A DNA stretch of 58,684 bases, filler included, from Squatina squatina (lineage: Eukaryota): assembly GCA_031763465.1 (NCBI GenBank). It is 3 parts of 3 records of this genome, joined end to end, with 100 filler letters (N's around TTAATTAATTAA, not from the genome) between each part and the next. Parts side by side here need not be neighbours in the genome. Positions count along the whole stretch, not along the records: positions 1 to 28,282 come from JARFOE010000004.1; 2 more parts are not named here. The stretch is one strand, 5' to 3'. Shown piece by piece: positions 12,806 through 26,011 of the stretch. The position numbers and the translations under genes were made by a program. The notes beneath the pieces are model-generated. The model had not been told where the DNA came from, made no database searches, and saw only the letters and a list, made by a program, of their open reading frames with translations. Position 1 is the stretch's first letter, and every line of letters begins with the position of its first letter.

Positions 12806-13662
12806 CTGTTCACAATGAGAAACATTTTCAAACAAAGACAGCTTTCATCATAAATTGAGTTAATAAGGAAGGAAAATAACTAATTATGGGCGCCCAATTG
12901 GTTATCCAGCGCTAGCGCTAAATGGGTGTAGAATGCACCCCGTTATAAAAATTTAACGCTAAATTTTAAGACGCAAAATTGTTGTCAGTTTAACGCCAGT
13001 GCTAAATNNNNNNNNNNNNNNNNNNNNNNNNNNNNNNNNNNNNNNNNNNNNNNNNNNNNNNNNNNNNNNNNNNNNNNNNNNNNNNNNNNNNNNNNNNNNN
13101 NNNNNNNCAGTTTTTTCACCAGCAGGGAGTGTAGCTTGCTTCTAGCTGGTACGGTTGGTTCATATTATCTAATGTGGATGTGAAGAATTTCAGCACGCGT
13201 CCAACAGACGGATTATGTTACCTTTCTGATCCGAACCGTTGACATTCTCCAGGGCTGTGGATCGCAGTGATAAAATTTGCTTCACTCATTGTGCACCACT
13301 GCATAGACACGGTCGACAGATTATCAGGTTACTACTGCCTGTTTGTCAAGCTGCCTGAAGGAACGACAGCCTTTTTCAAACTCCACGTTTCTGAAGTATA
13401 TTTTTGTTCTGGTTTCACAAGATTAGCAACTTGACAGATCGCTTGATGTCCCGTTAATTTGAATATATTTCATTAATCAATTGCCAGACGATGACGTGCA
13501 ATTGGACTTCGATGGCTCTACTGTGTGAGGTTTATAAGTCCGTGATTCCAACTTTCAGCGCGACAGACTTTGGTGAGTTTTGATCTAAAGCGGTTTCCTC
13601 ACTATATTCCCTACTGAGAAACCCTTTCCCCAATTTGAGGATCAGTGTAATAGTAAATGTTC

Positions 13663-13685
13663 TATATATATATATATATATATAT
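13663..13685. repeat. (TA)n microsatellite upstream of KCNF1
   Basis: About 11 TA units. Confidence 0.95.
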
Positions 13686-13790
13686 CTTACGAAATACCAA
13701 AGACGTCGATGCAAGTTGTTGCGTTTAGACATTTATCAAAGGAGCGAAAAGTGTGTTTGTTGAACTTGATTTAATATAAATACCTAAACA

Positions 13791-15248
13791 ATGGGGACGG
13801 AACTCAGAAGCCCGGGCTCCGATAAATCAGAAGCTTCGGAAGATCAAGAGATGGTGGTGAATATTGGCGGGGTCCGTCACATTTTGTACGGGGATGTGCT
13901 GAACCGTTACCCGGAAAGCAGACTGGCAGAACTGCTAAACTGCAGTGGATACGAAGCGATCTTCTCCCTTTGCGATGACTACGATCCGAACAAAGAAGAG
14001 TTCTACTTCGACCGAGACCCGGACTCTTTCAAATGTGTACTGGACGTCTACTATTTCGGAGAAATCCACATGAAAAAGGGGATTTGCCCCATTTNNNNNN
14101 NNNNNNNNNNNNNNNNNNNNNNNNNNNNNNNNNNNNNNNNNNNNNNNNNNNNNNNNNNNNNNNNNNNNNNNNNNNNNNNNNNNNNNNNNNNNNNNNNNNN
14201 NNNNNNNNNNNNNNNNNNNNNNNNNNNNNNNNNNNNNNNNNNNNNNNNNNNNNNNNNNNNNNNNNNATTCCTCTGGAAACTGATGGAAAAGCCCGATTCG
14301 TCCTGTCCGGCCAGAGTGATTGCAGTTTTATCCTTTCTGTTTATTTTAATTTCATCCGTGGTGATGTGTGTGAGCACCATCCCTGACCTCCAAGTGACTG
14401 ATGAGGAAGGGAGCCCAATAGATCATCCAATCCTCGACTCCATCGAAACAGCGTGCATCGGCTGGTTCACAGCCGAGTATATACTCAGGCTGGTCTCGGC
14501 CCCCAACAAACTCAAATTTGTACTTTCTTTCATGAACATCATAGACGTGCTAGCGATTCTGCCTTTCTATGTGAGCCTGATCTTGACTACAGTCGGGGCA
14601 ACCCTGATGGAGCTGACTAATGTGCAGCAGGCGATTCAGGCTCTTCGGATCATGCGGATAGCGCGAATTTTTAAACTGGCGCGTCACTCCAGTGGTCTCC
14701 AAACACTCACTTACGCACTGAAAAGAAGCTTTAAAGAACTAGGCCTATTGCTTATGTACTTGGCAATTGGCATTTTCGTTTTTTCGGCTTTNNNNTTCAC
14801 CATGGAACAAAGCCACCCCGAAACCCTCTTCAAAAGCATCCCTCAGTCCTTCTGGTGGGCGATCATCACCATGACCACCGTTGGATACGGGGATATTTAC
14901 CCAAAGACAACTTTGGGAAAACTCAACGCAGCTATTAGCTTTCTCTGCGGTATCATAGCAATCGCGTTGCCTATCCATCCTATTATAAATAATTTTGTCA
15001 GATACTATAACAAGCAGAAAGTTTTGGAAACGGCTGCAAAACACGAACTTGAACTAATGGAGTTGAATGCTAAGGAAGGAGAGTTTGGCGATTCCAGAAA
15101 TGAACTGGTAGATATTGTGGTTACTAAAGCCAGAAGCAATAGTAATCTCTCGCACACTAACAGTCTACTAAATTCTTACAGCGGCACTTATTTTCCACTT
15201 TTATCAGAGGAAAAACTGCATCGAAATAGGCTTCAGAGCTGCAAATGA
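13791..15248 (+). CDS. KCNF1: Voltage-gated potassium channel modifier subunit Kv5.1 (single coding exon)
   Basis: 485-aa ORF with two N gaps: T1/BTB domain, S4 LRIMRIARIFKLARH, pore TTVGYGD, C-terminus EEKLHRNRLQSCK. Confidence 0.97.
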   Translation: MGTELRSPGSDKSEASEDQEMVVNIGGVRHILYGDVLNRYPESRLAELLNCSGYEAIFSLCDDYDPNKEEFYFDRDPDSFKCVLDVYYFGEIHMKKGICPIXXXXXXXXXXXXXXXXXXXXXXXXXXXXXXXXXXXXXXXXXXXXXXXXXXXXXXXXXXFLWKLMEKPDSSCPARVIAVLSFLFILISSVVMCVSTIPDLQVTDEEGSPIDHPILDSIETACIGWFTAEYILRLVSAPNKLKFVLSFMNIIDVLAILPFYVSLILTTVGATLMELTNVQQAIQALRIMRIARIFKLARHSSGLQTLTYALKRSFKELGLLLMYLAIGIFVFSAXXFTMEQSHPETLFKSIPQSFWWAIITMTTVGYGDIYPKTTLGKLNAAISFLCGIIAIALPIHPIINNFVRYYNKQKVLETAAKHELELMELNAKEGEFGDSRNELVDIVVTKARSNSNLSHTNSLLNSYSGTYFPLLSEEKLHRNRLQSCK

Positions 15249-15545
15249 ACTGACAGTTTAGCAGTATTACAGAGTGGGATATGTGCAATTTTATTGGGCG
15301 TACCAGAATGCTATCCCGATCGTCTTATTCCTTGTCAAGTACTGATACAGCAGACATGTATAACTATGCACGCTTGATACAAAGATCAACATGAATATCA
15401 GTTACTGTCAAATGATATATATAGTTACAATAAATCGTACATATGTAATGATCATTTGGCACAGATTCCATTTTTAGCATTTTAGAAAATACATTTCATC
15501 AGCACAAAATAGATTTGGAAATGTTCCATTGGGTATTTTAAAAGC

Positions 15546-15623
15546 TAATGTACAGGACCTTGGTGAGGCCACATTTGGAGTACTGTGTGCAGTTCTGGTC
15601 GCCTCATTTTAGGAAAGACGTGG
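15546..15623 (+). mobile_element. CR1-type LINE fragment
   Basis: YRTLVRPHLEYCVQFWSPHFRKDV, a hallmark CR1 ORF2 peptide; runs into a gap. Confidence 0.88.
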
Positions 15624-16797
15624 NNNNNNNNNNNNNNNNNNNNNNNNNNNNNNNNNNNNNNNNNNNNNNNNNNNNNNNNNNNNNNNNNNNNNNNNNNNNN
15701 NNNNNNNNNNNNNNNNNNNNNNNAAAATGTGCTTGCAATACAAATGGCTGTAGAATAATCTGTAACAAATTTGGAGTTATTGAGCGAGGGAAATGTAGGC
15801 CTAGATTTTTTTTTAACAAAACTGATAATCGTTATGTTTATTAGGTTAAAAAAACTAATAATTTATGTACTGTAGAATATTATTTTAATTCATGCAGTCT
15901 TTGATTAAACTGTCTATGCATATAGTAGTTTTTTAAAAAATCTGTTAATTATACATGACAGGGTAATTACCACTGTTGACTTAAAATCAGCAGCTTATAA
16001 TAATTGCAGAGCTGAACCAACTACACCCACCTTGACCTCAGTCACCATTTGTACCTGTGTTTTTTGTCACATACTTTGATATTACTTAGCAGTTGTCATA
16101 TGAAAATACTTTCATGTAATGTATCTGATATTATTCAATGTTCCAATTCCAGTTTCTGTTGAGATACTAGATTTTTAATTGTTAACATATTCCACATTAT
16201 TTGAATCATTCTAACACTTTCTAATCATTTTTGATCACCAATCATCCAGAAAGCTACAGATGAAATAAGCCATACTAATTTTAAACTGAAATGTCATTAA
16301 GGATAATTTTCCAACACCTTTGTCTCAGCTACTTTACACTGTTTTTCAGAAGACACTGTTAATTTAAATTCTTCAGTGCTACATAAAAGGAACATGGAAG
16401 ACATTATGAGGGTGACGAAGCAGCACGATGTTTAAAAGCTTCAAACAATTAAGGCTGTTGTTACTATAGCAACAGCTAAGTAGAATGGACGATGGTGGTT
16501 GGAAATTCAGGTTCACTGTGATTTCTAAAATAAAGATTCTTATATAAAGCATTATATGAATATTTTTCTAAATTACATTCCGTCACCATCTTTGATACTC
16601 TACATTAGTCACTGTGAATCCTGCAAGTAAAAATTTTGGGTTTCCAAACCTTAAATTCTTTCACATTTATGGCCTTTCAAAGCTTGTGATATTAATTTTT
16701 CTACCAGCTTTCAAATATATATATTACTTGCTTTTAGATTAAATTTAGATTAAAATTAAATTAAAAGACTTTCCGAGCCAATTAACTAAAGAAATAA

Positions 16798-17258
16798 TGA
16801 AAGAAAAATCTGCATTTATTAATCTGCCTTTCACAATCTCAGGACTTCCTAAAGTGCTCTACAGTCAATAAGTACTTTTTGAAGTGTAGTCGCTGTTGTA
16901 ACCTAGGAAACGTGGCTGCCAACTTGCGCACAGCAAGGTCCCACAAACAGTAATGTGATAATGACCAGATAATCTATTTAAGTGCTGTTAGTTGAGGGAT
17001 AAATGTTGGCCAGGACATTGGGAGAACTCCCCTGCTCTTCAACATAGTGCCAGGGGATCGTTTACGCCCACATGAGAGTGCAGACGGGGTGACCTCTGCT
17101 TAATGTCTCATGTCTCATCCGGAAGGCAGCGCGGCGCTCCCTCAGTACTGCCCTCCCCCAAGCAGGGCGCTCCCTCAGTACTGCTCCTGGATTATGGGAC
17201 CTGAACCCACAACCATCTGACTCCTCGGCGAGAGTGCTACCCACTGAGCCACACTGAC
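16798..17258 (-). mobile_element. tRNA-headed DeuSINE-like SINE (SacSINE1-like), near full length
   Basis: Reverse complement of the element at 26926-27360: Pol III A/B boxes, central ttgagggataaat..ggccaggac domain, aagtactttt tail. Confidence 0.8.
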
Positions 17259-19792
17259 ATCACTCTACACACAATCTCCATCTAGTTTTGGAGACCGGCT
17301 CCACTCTCCTCCATCCTGGTCTGTGGTGAGTCAAGGGCCAGTCCAGTTTAGAGAGGAGTCGTCACCAGCCAGGGCTCGTGCTCTCCCATTGCTGTGCAGT
17401 GAAATTTGGACAGTCTTCATATCCATACTACATGAGGACATGGCGGGTGGTAGCTGTACGGCTCTGTGCAGTCAAGTAGCCTGGGCTCGCACTTGGAGAG
17501 CACCAGGTTTGGTGAGACACCAGCGGGTGTTGGTACCCCTCCCCAGAATCTGTATCCCAGAAAGAGTTGGTGCTTTCAGGGATAGAGGGGGAGAAAATGG
17601 TTCAGCGCCATTGNNNNNNNNNNNNNNNNNNNNNNNNNNNNNNNNNNNNNNNNNNNNNNNNNNNNNNNNNNNNNNNNNNNNNNNNNNNNNNNNNNNNNNN
17701 NNNNNNNNNNNNNTTCATATATGGTGACTTTGTTGTGGAACACACCATTACCAGATAACTAGCAACATATTTCTGAAGGGAGAAACATCTAGGAAAATAA
17801 TTTCTCTTTAAAGTTGAAAGATCTCTTTGAAGCTGAAATAATTTTGGATTAAAAAGGGAAGTCTATCAGCCTGGCTGCAGTTGGTACCGGAATACCTTTT
17901 CTTTGATGTTCCTTTGCCTTGGATCACTTAATCCTCCCTCATATTTTGTTCTTGTGCAGCCATTTCTCTGATTTAATAAATTGCAGTTTGTTGTGAACCG
18001 AGTTTGCCTGTCATGTAACTGTTATAAACATGGTATACAAAGGTCACTAAACTGAGAAAAATCATTTGTGCTGTAAGCTGAGGTGCTCTTGCAGGGGCCC
18101 ATGCTGTAGCCATTCTATGATAATCCCTGGCAACACGTACTGTGTTAATTAACGGCCACAGCCATCCTTTTGGAATATGTTAGTTACCATAAGAAATCGC
18201 ATCTGAAGTCTCCATATGTAGCAAAGTTTCCTGATTAAATATACTTTAGTGACTGAAAATAAAAAGAGCTGCATCTATTTTCATTCTTGGCAGAAATGTT
18301 CACAGGGATTTTGTAATTTATGTGGTTCCTATCATTTATTATTTCACAATGTGCTAATCCAATGGCAGCAATCCCCACCAGAGTATTTTCTTATTGCCAT
18401 GCTTTATTCTATAAAGATTTTGTATTATTTATTCTTGGTTTCATTTTCAACCCAACTCTGATGGAAATCAGTGTGAATGAAAGGCTAATCAACACTGTGA
18501 GACTGTCTAAACTTTCTGTTACATACCACACATTAATGTGCCAATGCTTTTTGCAACTGGATTGGAGTGAACTTTTGATGTTTTTCACTGGGTCAACCCA
18601 TATGCTTCTGTTTTAAAACAAGTCACATTTGATATTTAAATATATTAAGNNNNNNNNNNNNNNNNNNNNNNNNNNNNNNNNNNNNNNNNNNNNNNNNNNN
18701 NNNNNNNNNNNNNNNNNNNNNNNNNNNNNNNNNNNNNNNNNNNNNNNNNTGACTTGTGTGCAAGGCTGCTTTAAATATGGGCGCTGGAAATGAATCATCG
18801 ATGATGTCATGAAACCAAGCCGGGAAACACGTTGGCTGGCTTAATTGGGGCCATTATGTTAAAGTCGCACTGAGGAGCGGGCTGATCAAGACATTGCGTT
18901 CCCTACCCGCTACGCGGCTGACCTGACTCTGAAGTGAAAATCCCCGCCATAGTTAAAGTGGGGTGGAAATCATCATTTGTATCCTTTTGTAAAACAAAAA
19001 ATACTTGGGACTGGGTAGCAGTTATTTGAACCAAAGTATGTAAAATTTCCTCAATGCTACTAGTCATATTTAGCATGCGCAGTATCTTCTAAGTTGTAAC
19101 ATACAAATATGTGCAATCAAGATTACTTTAAATTACATTGTTTTCTTGTGTATATATAGCCCTTTTCCACTCCAAATGAACTGACTGAAAGACCTATTCA
19201 AATCTCTAATAATCTACTGCTACGATCAGAATGGGAAAAATCCAAAAATGTTGCAAATGTCGTAGAGGCTGTTCATTTTTGATTATGTTGACTCATCCAA
19301 CCCATTAAGCCAGCTGGGTCAATGGCAGGATACTTCAATAGAATTGTCAATAGTACACATCAACTCTAATACACTTCATAAGAGGTGGTAATTAACTTTG
19401 AAGTGTGAGTCTTGAAAGGGGCTTATATTTATCCCAAGGTACTTGAGCCTGGTGTTCACCCATCTGAAAGAGAAGTTGATATGAATATTATTCAGGATTT
19501 CAATTTCTAACTAAGCCACGTGCCAATGACATTGATTATTTTCAACAGATCACGGAAGGAAGGCTTTAAAATTGCTTTAGAAAAAGGAAAACATGCTTTT
19601 GGAAATTACATTTTATGTTGGTTGCTATTGACAACTTCCAGACTGTGCAGGCTGAGCCACACTTGTGCTTCATTCACAAGGCAAAATAGCAGAAACAGGT
19701 TAGTGGTAGCCAATAATACAGATGAGAAAACTGGAGACAACTAGAATTCACTAAGTAGCCCTTCTACTAAACACTATCAAGGGTACTTCAAA

Positions 19793-19950
19793 TTAAATAA
19801 TTAATTAAATTCCATTTACATTAATTTTGAATATGTGATGGTTTTTTTAAATTTATTTGCACTGTTATTGTGTTGAAGGGGGTATTCCCATTGATAATCA
19901 CCATAATTATCAATGGGAATAATGTAAATGGAATTTAATTAATTATTTAA
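19793..19950. repeat. Nested perfect inverted repeats
   Basis: 31-bp arms at 19793-19823 and 19920-19950; 16-bp arms at 19883-19898 and 19906-19921 with a 7-nt loop. Confidence 0.9.
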
Positions 19951-20342
19951 AACAAAAATTTAAATATTTGAAAAATAAATTTATATAAGTTGCGGGGCCC
20001 CTACAGGCATGTGCGCACCTCATACACACCCATAGGTGCCGCAATTTCAGGGCCATGATGAATTTCTTTGAAGTGCGATAACTGTTACACGGAATCCATT
20101 TTTCACACAGGAAGATCCCATAAATAGCAATGAAATATCAGCCAGGACATGCCCAGAACTGTGCCAAGCATACTTGGGGCAACCAATTCATCCTTTTTTT
20201 GGGGAGCTAAAATAGCATTAAATTGGCGTTAACGGCCTAACANNNNNNNNNNNNNNNNNNNNNNNNNNNNNNNNNNNNNNNNNNNNNNNNNNNNNNNNNN
20301 NNNNNNNNNNNNNNNNNNNNNNNNNNNNNNNNNNNNNNNNNN

Positions 20343-20566
20343 GGGACGAAGCCTATACAACCGGCAGCAAATGCATGGAACATTGTGCAGCACTCTGCCG
20401 ATACAGCCCCTCTCACTCCCTTTAGTGCTCTCAGGGAAGTGGTAACACTTGAGTTAGCACTCCACTTCCCTCTCAGAGCGCTAAACCAGAAGTTCCTGGC
20501 AGAATCAAAGGTTTAGCGTCCCGCAAAAGTTATCGCCCAACATGGGGCGCTACGCAATTTCTACCC
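20343..20566. mobile_element. Right end of a GC-rich non-autonomous DNA transposon
   Basis: Ends gcaatttctaccc, the same TIR type as 56653-57326; left part lost in a gap. Confidence 0.5.
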
Positions 20567-21477
20567 TATAATCTACAGATAGAAGGGAACTTCCTTATTT
20601 GGATGGGTTCTTGAATATGAGTTGAAACTTTAAAATATAACCCAAGGTAACACTAACTGCCAACATAAAGGAATATAGTACAGCAATTAGTATAAAGTCT
20701 GCTTTACATTTTACTTAGATAAGTAAGATGGTCATGAGCTGTTACCCAAACTCTATTTATTTTCCCTGCATTAAATAAATCCTGTAACAATCTTCTCATG
20801 TAACTCCTAGTGCTTTTACCAGGAGATATGCACAACACAATGTTTAGCCATTATTTTGGTACTTTGAAGGTCAAGATTGCTTAAAGAAAATGCAAGCTGC
20901 TGTACAACCAAGGACCCGGACACTAGACAAATGAGGGAATTTTGCCACACTCCCTATCATTGTTCCCACTCACTCGTTTTTACATGGAAGAAATTGCGCA
21001 AGTGCAAAGGTTTGAATGGATCACACAGCCAGTTAAAGGGACTGCACACAAAAATAAACTGAAGGGAACATTGCTCCCTATCAATTCCTTCTCCAAGTTT
21101 AAATCCCAAAATAGAGGGTGCGTTAAGACCTTGGGAAAGCACTTTCTATATTGGTGACAGACCCAGTTTGAACTAGACTATTATACGCCAAGAGGCAAGA
21201 CATCGTTGTTTTACATTCCAGTCACAGATGCTGTGTGACATAACTTAGTTCAACAAAAGGAGCATATTTGCTCTGAAATTACATTTAATCTGTTTCCAAT
21301 CAGAAAGATTAGTCACTCAAGGAAGCTTTTGGCTTCTTGCAGGAAGCACACAATAATTCAGGAGAAAAGAGAATGAAGCAAATGTCAAACATTCCTCCAA
21401 AGTGAAAACACAAAGTGATAACAGATATGAGGTGAGAGTTAATATATTTAATTATCCTTCAAACCATTTGTTACCCC

Positions 21478-21720
21478 TAAATTTGACTATTCCAATACAA
21501 CCCTGGTCGGCCTCCCATCTTCCACCCTCCATAAACTCCACAAGTCTGTTGTCCGTATCCTAACCCCGTTCACCCTAAGCCCATGTACTCACTGACCTAC
21601 GTTGGCTCCCGGTTGAGCAATGCCTCGATTTTAAAATTCTTACCCTTGTTTCCAAATCCCTCCATGGCCTCACCCCTCCCTATCTCTGTAATCTCCTCCA
21701 ACCCCACAACCCCATGAGAT
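21478..21720 (+). mobile_element. L2-type LINE ORF2 C-terminal fragment
   Basis: DYSNTTLVGLPSSTLHKL...WLPVEQCLDFKILTLVSKSLHGLTPPYLCNLL, typical of L2. Confidence 0.82.
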
Positions 21721-24700
21721 NNNNNNNNNNNNNNNNNNNNNNNNNNNNNNNNNNNNNNNNNNNNNNNNNNNNNNNNNNNNNNNNNNNNNNNNNNNNNNNN
21801 NNNNNNNNNNNNNNNNNNNNTAACTATTCATCTTTCAAAGATGATTTTATTTCATTGCAGTAATATAATCCTTAATAGCTTTTCTTCTAAATCAGTTCCA
21901 ATATATAGACAGCACTGGCTGTTTGATTCTGAATGCATGAAATTGACCTAAAATGGGCAGATTGTTGAAAGAGCTATTGCAGCATCAAAGAAGCAAATTG
22001 AGAAGAGTCCATTTAAATAATGGATTACCTGAAAACTAGTCTGAAATTAAGTGAGGCATTATAAATAGACAATGACAGCAGTGCCATAGATTAATGGCAG
22101 GCTCAATTACACACAGGAATTGACGATTTCAGCGTTCTATATTATGATCTTTGCTATTTAATGTGTTTTCACTTTGCTGATAGCCTGAGGAGTCCTGCGG
22201 CAAAGAATTGAACATACAGAGGCAATGTGATGGATACAGCCTCCTATTTTGAGACAGATCATTGCCTCCTGTACAGGAATTTCAGAATTTAAATGAATAA
22301 ATTAACCGCTGGCATAAAAACATGTTTAATTTGCGGCTTTAATTTTTGGCTAGTCCTGAAATTCTTTTATTCTATCCAGACTACTTTAAATCCAAGATTG
22401 AAAGTCTAGGTTCTCAGTGCAGTGAAAGTGCTCATGAAACAGCTTATTGCTCAAATCGCGCAGAAGCCTTGAAGTCAAGAAGAAGTCCTTCAGCACCTGG
22501 CATACCACTCCCTGTACACTTTTACAACTTGAAATAACTATAGAAAGCATTAAACACTTGTTTTATTGTACCAACAGCCAGAAGAAATCAACCAGCAACC
22601 AACCTGTAAGAAGTTGATGATCCCTTTTAAAGAGTGCTGGTGGGGAGGTCTTTTATGCTGCTGAACACATGTTCAGCTGTGCAAGCTTGAGAGAGGGCAT
22701 TGGCTGTAGCGGTGAACTACAAAATGGCACCGCTGCCATCACGTCAGCATTGCACGACATTAATCTACTTGAGGTGGACGTTAGCTGCGCGCAGCTAACT
22801 CCCTTAACAACATGGTGTCCAGCACGATTCGCTCCACAAGCATGCATGTGCGCATCAGATACCATTTTGGCACCCATCACGCCCAAACAACGGGCTCTAC
22901 TGATCCCAATTTTGCACCGTAAAAGTTTAGTTGTTTGGTCAGAGAATTTTGCAGATTGGAATGGAATGACCTAACTGGCTTTGGGCTATAGCTCAGAAGC
23001 ACTCCAATATTTTAATATTGTTCCAGATACTAAAAACAGTGTGATGTCTGGGTACAGTCGATGTACTGTTTTAACAATATTAGTAATAGTTGACTACTTT
23101 TGATATTGGATGAGCACTAAACTACTTGTGTAAATTTATGCACAGGTGACTGAGCTTATTGTGTTTGAAAGGCTACAGTTCCTTTGCTTTAGCATGGCAT
23201 TTTTAGTTTAAAATTAGGCCTTTTTTTGAGGAAAATTGTTGTCAAGTTTGCATCTGAGTCTACTCTGGTCTCGTATTTGGTGCGTGATCGATTTTGTGCA
23301 TACCTCTTGATTCTTTCACAGACGACTTTGTCAGATTTGCTTTGAAGTTCAAAATGTTTAGGGCGAATTTAATATACAACTTTTAGATCGTCGTGTTATT
23401 ACTTGCCATTGTGTCATTATGTTGGTAATTTTTCTATCCGGAAGATTGAGATTTCTACTGCGCAAATCAAAGCGATTTATTAAAAAAAGAATGTTTGTAC
23501 TATTTTTGATTGGGAAAGGTTTCTAAAGGTACACTCTCTTGTACCTGGAAACCTGAAGGCGTCAGATGCATTACCTGTGACATATAGCTTTGCTCAGTTG
23601 GACACAAATTAAAGATACTAAAAACATATACTGAATAACTGATACAATAAGGGACCTTTCTGTTTATGCACAATAATGACTATTAAGTGTTATCTTTTTT
23701 AAAAAAAAAAATCATATTAATTCATCCATCCATATTGGGAGAATATGCACTTTCCCGTATTTATAAAAGTTGATGGTTGACAGCTCCTCTCTAAGTATTT
23801 GTGTATTGAAAGACATTGTCAACTTTCATGTGTATCTTTCAATTGCACATTACACATTACATGCATTTCTTATATTAAATGTTAAAGTAGTATGTAGAAA
23901 TAGACCCAAGTGTTATGCTAGTAAATACTTAAATCCTTTTAAGTACTGAATTCTCATGGTATGTTTCAAAAATTAATTATATATTTTATCTATATCGCTC
24001 AGACATATACAGGTGTTACATCATATAAAAAGGTACAAATGCAAGGTGTGCAAATTAATATGTAACAGTACAGAGTTCTGCTCTGCAGCAGCATGGAGTC
24101 CAAAACCGCTGCTTTTCTTTCAACAATAGTTCTTCAGTTGAAGGGTTTATCCTCNNNNNNNNNNNNNNNNNNNNNNNNNNNNNNNNNNNNNNNNNNNNNN
24201 NNNNNNNNNNNNNNNNNNNNNNNNNNNNNNNNNNNNNNNNNNNNNNNNNNNNNNAGTCACACAGCACATATCAGAGCTGAAACATTGCCTGCATTTCACT
24301 AATGTTTATTTCCTACTTTCAGAGTTCTTATTGAATTAATTTTTCTTGCAGTTTATACTACTGATTCATTCCTGTCTCAGTACCTGAGACTTATATGTAT
24401 AATGATTGTGCCTCTGCCACGTTTTAAAAGTATGAGCTGAGATTTCTCTCTCCCTTTCCCATTCATGGGATGGAGAAGAGAATTTCCATCCTATATTTCC
24501 CAGGATATGAATATTTTCCATAATCTGTGACTTTTTTGAAATATAAGTCACAGAAACATGCCTTCATACCAGCTACAGTACAGCATTATATCAACACCAT
24601 TGAAGACCCCTTGTAGGATCATAGCTCGTCTCTTGTCAATGTGGTTAAGTAATGCTTTAACAAACCAGAAATTAATTCAGAATCTGCTGAAGAGGATGTG

Positions 24701-25090
24701 CTTCTTACAGATAATTACCAACAATACCTGCCAGCAATGAGCAATGACATCCAGAATGAGAAGTCAGCATGGGCTTTCACTGATTTATACTTGGTGTCTT
24801 AGAGGATTGGATTCAAGCATTTCTGAATAGAAAATACCCCATCATAGAGATTAATTGATTGTAGACTCTGAGATATTTATTCTTTTCTGATTTGACCTTG
24901 CAGTCCCTGTNNNNNNNNNNNNNNNNNNNNNNNNNNNNNNNNNNNNNNNNNNNNNNNNNNNNNNNNNNNNNNNNNNNNNNNNNNNNNNNNNNNNNNNNNN
25001 NNNNNNNNNNTATCACATTGACACCGTCAGTTTGCCATGTTTTCTAGTTAGTTGCCAATTGTATTAACATTTTGCCCTTTATCTTACCAG

Positions 25091-25130
25091 GGAAAATAAG
25101 TGGAGCTTTCTTAAAGATTATGATGCCAAG
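25091..25130 (+). CDS. C2orf50: C2orf50 homologue, internal exon
   Basis: 40-bp exon ENKWSFLKDYDAK with accag acceptor and gtaagg donor; WSFLKDYD motif and position between KCNF1 and SLC66A3. Confidence 0.82.
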
Positions 25131-25933
25131 GTAAGGATTGTAATTAATATATGATACATGTGTAATATGAAAGGGCCAGATTTTCAAATACTTTTCCATA
25201 AATCTGCCTTTGGCGTATCACAAATTTGCAGCATATTTGCGTTGGCGAGAGATTTTCAGTCTTGAGAATGCATTATTTTCATGCTGCATGATATACTGAG
25301 ATGCCGGAAATGCTAATTATTTCTTGAAGAAAGATATATTTATGACTATTTACTGCGCAGTAATAATGGAATCAAGTTCGTGAAGCACAGTGTAGATGTG
25401 TGGCTTGTATGAGACGATAGCTTCTTATTGTTTATTGTTGCTCAATATTTTGATTTGACTACAATGGGTGTAGTTTAATCAGCATACTCCTTCACGTGTG
25501 CCCTAGCATTGTGATCTTTTATGAAAAACACCACTGAGCACCTATAACTCTCGATTTGTGATGGAACAGTGGCATTGCAGGTTCTTCATCTGTTGTTGAG
25601 GGAGGCATAGCACAGTAGTTTCACAGAATGTCCAGAGTTGTTGCTTCTAAGGTAAACTAGGCAGCCTCAATGCACTCCTTGATTGTTCTCATGAATCTNN
25701 NNNNNNNNNNNNNNNNNNNNNNNNNNNNNNNNNNNNNNNNNNNNNNNNNNNNNNNNNNNNNNNNNNNNNNNNNNNNNNNNNNNNNNNNNNNNNNNNNNGC
25801 CTCTTATTGGTTAGATTCATGGGAACCAAAATTTTAATTCACGATTAGATTAACTTCTGTGGAAAAAAGCCAATTGTGCATCTGTGTCATGTTTGTAGCG
25901 TATATCACTAACGCTACTGTCCTTTTTTTTCAG

Positions 25934-26003
25934 ATGCTGTTCTCTTGATGTGTGTTCTCTTTTACAATGGAAACATTGGAACAGCTTTACCCTACGCAAT
26001 ACT
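25934..26003 (+). CDS. SLC66A3: PQ-loop protein SLC66A3 (PQLC3), internal exon
   Basis: 70-bp exon (D)AVLLMCVLFYNGNIGTALPYAIL, similar to recalled human DVILLLCIFHFNGNVKQATPYIAV; syntenic position. Confidence 0.85.
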
Positions 26004-26011
26004 GTATCCTT
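26004..26011 (+). promoter_or_regulatory. U12-type (minor spliceosome) 5' splice site
   Basis: GTATCCTT immediately after the SLC66A3 exon matches the U12 donor consensus. Confidence 0.8.

Noticed and set aside
13188-13210. Possible REST/NRSE site upstream of KCNF1 (ttcagcac...)
   Set aside because: Only the left half-site matches; the GGACAG half is absent.
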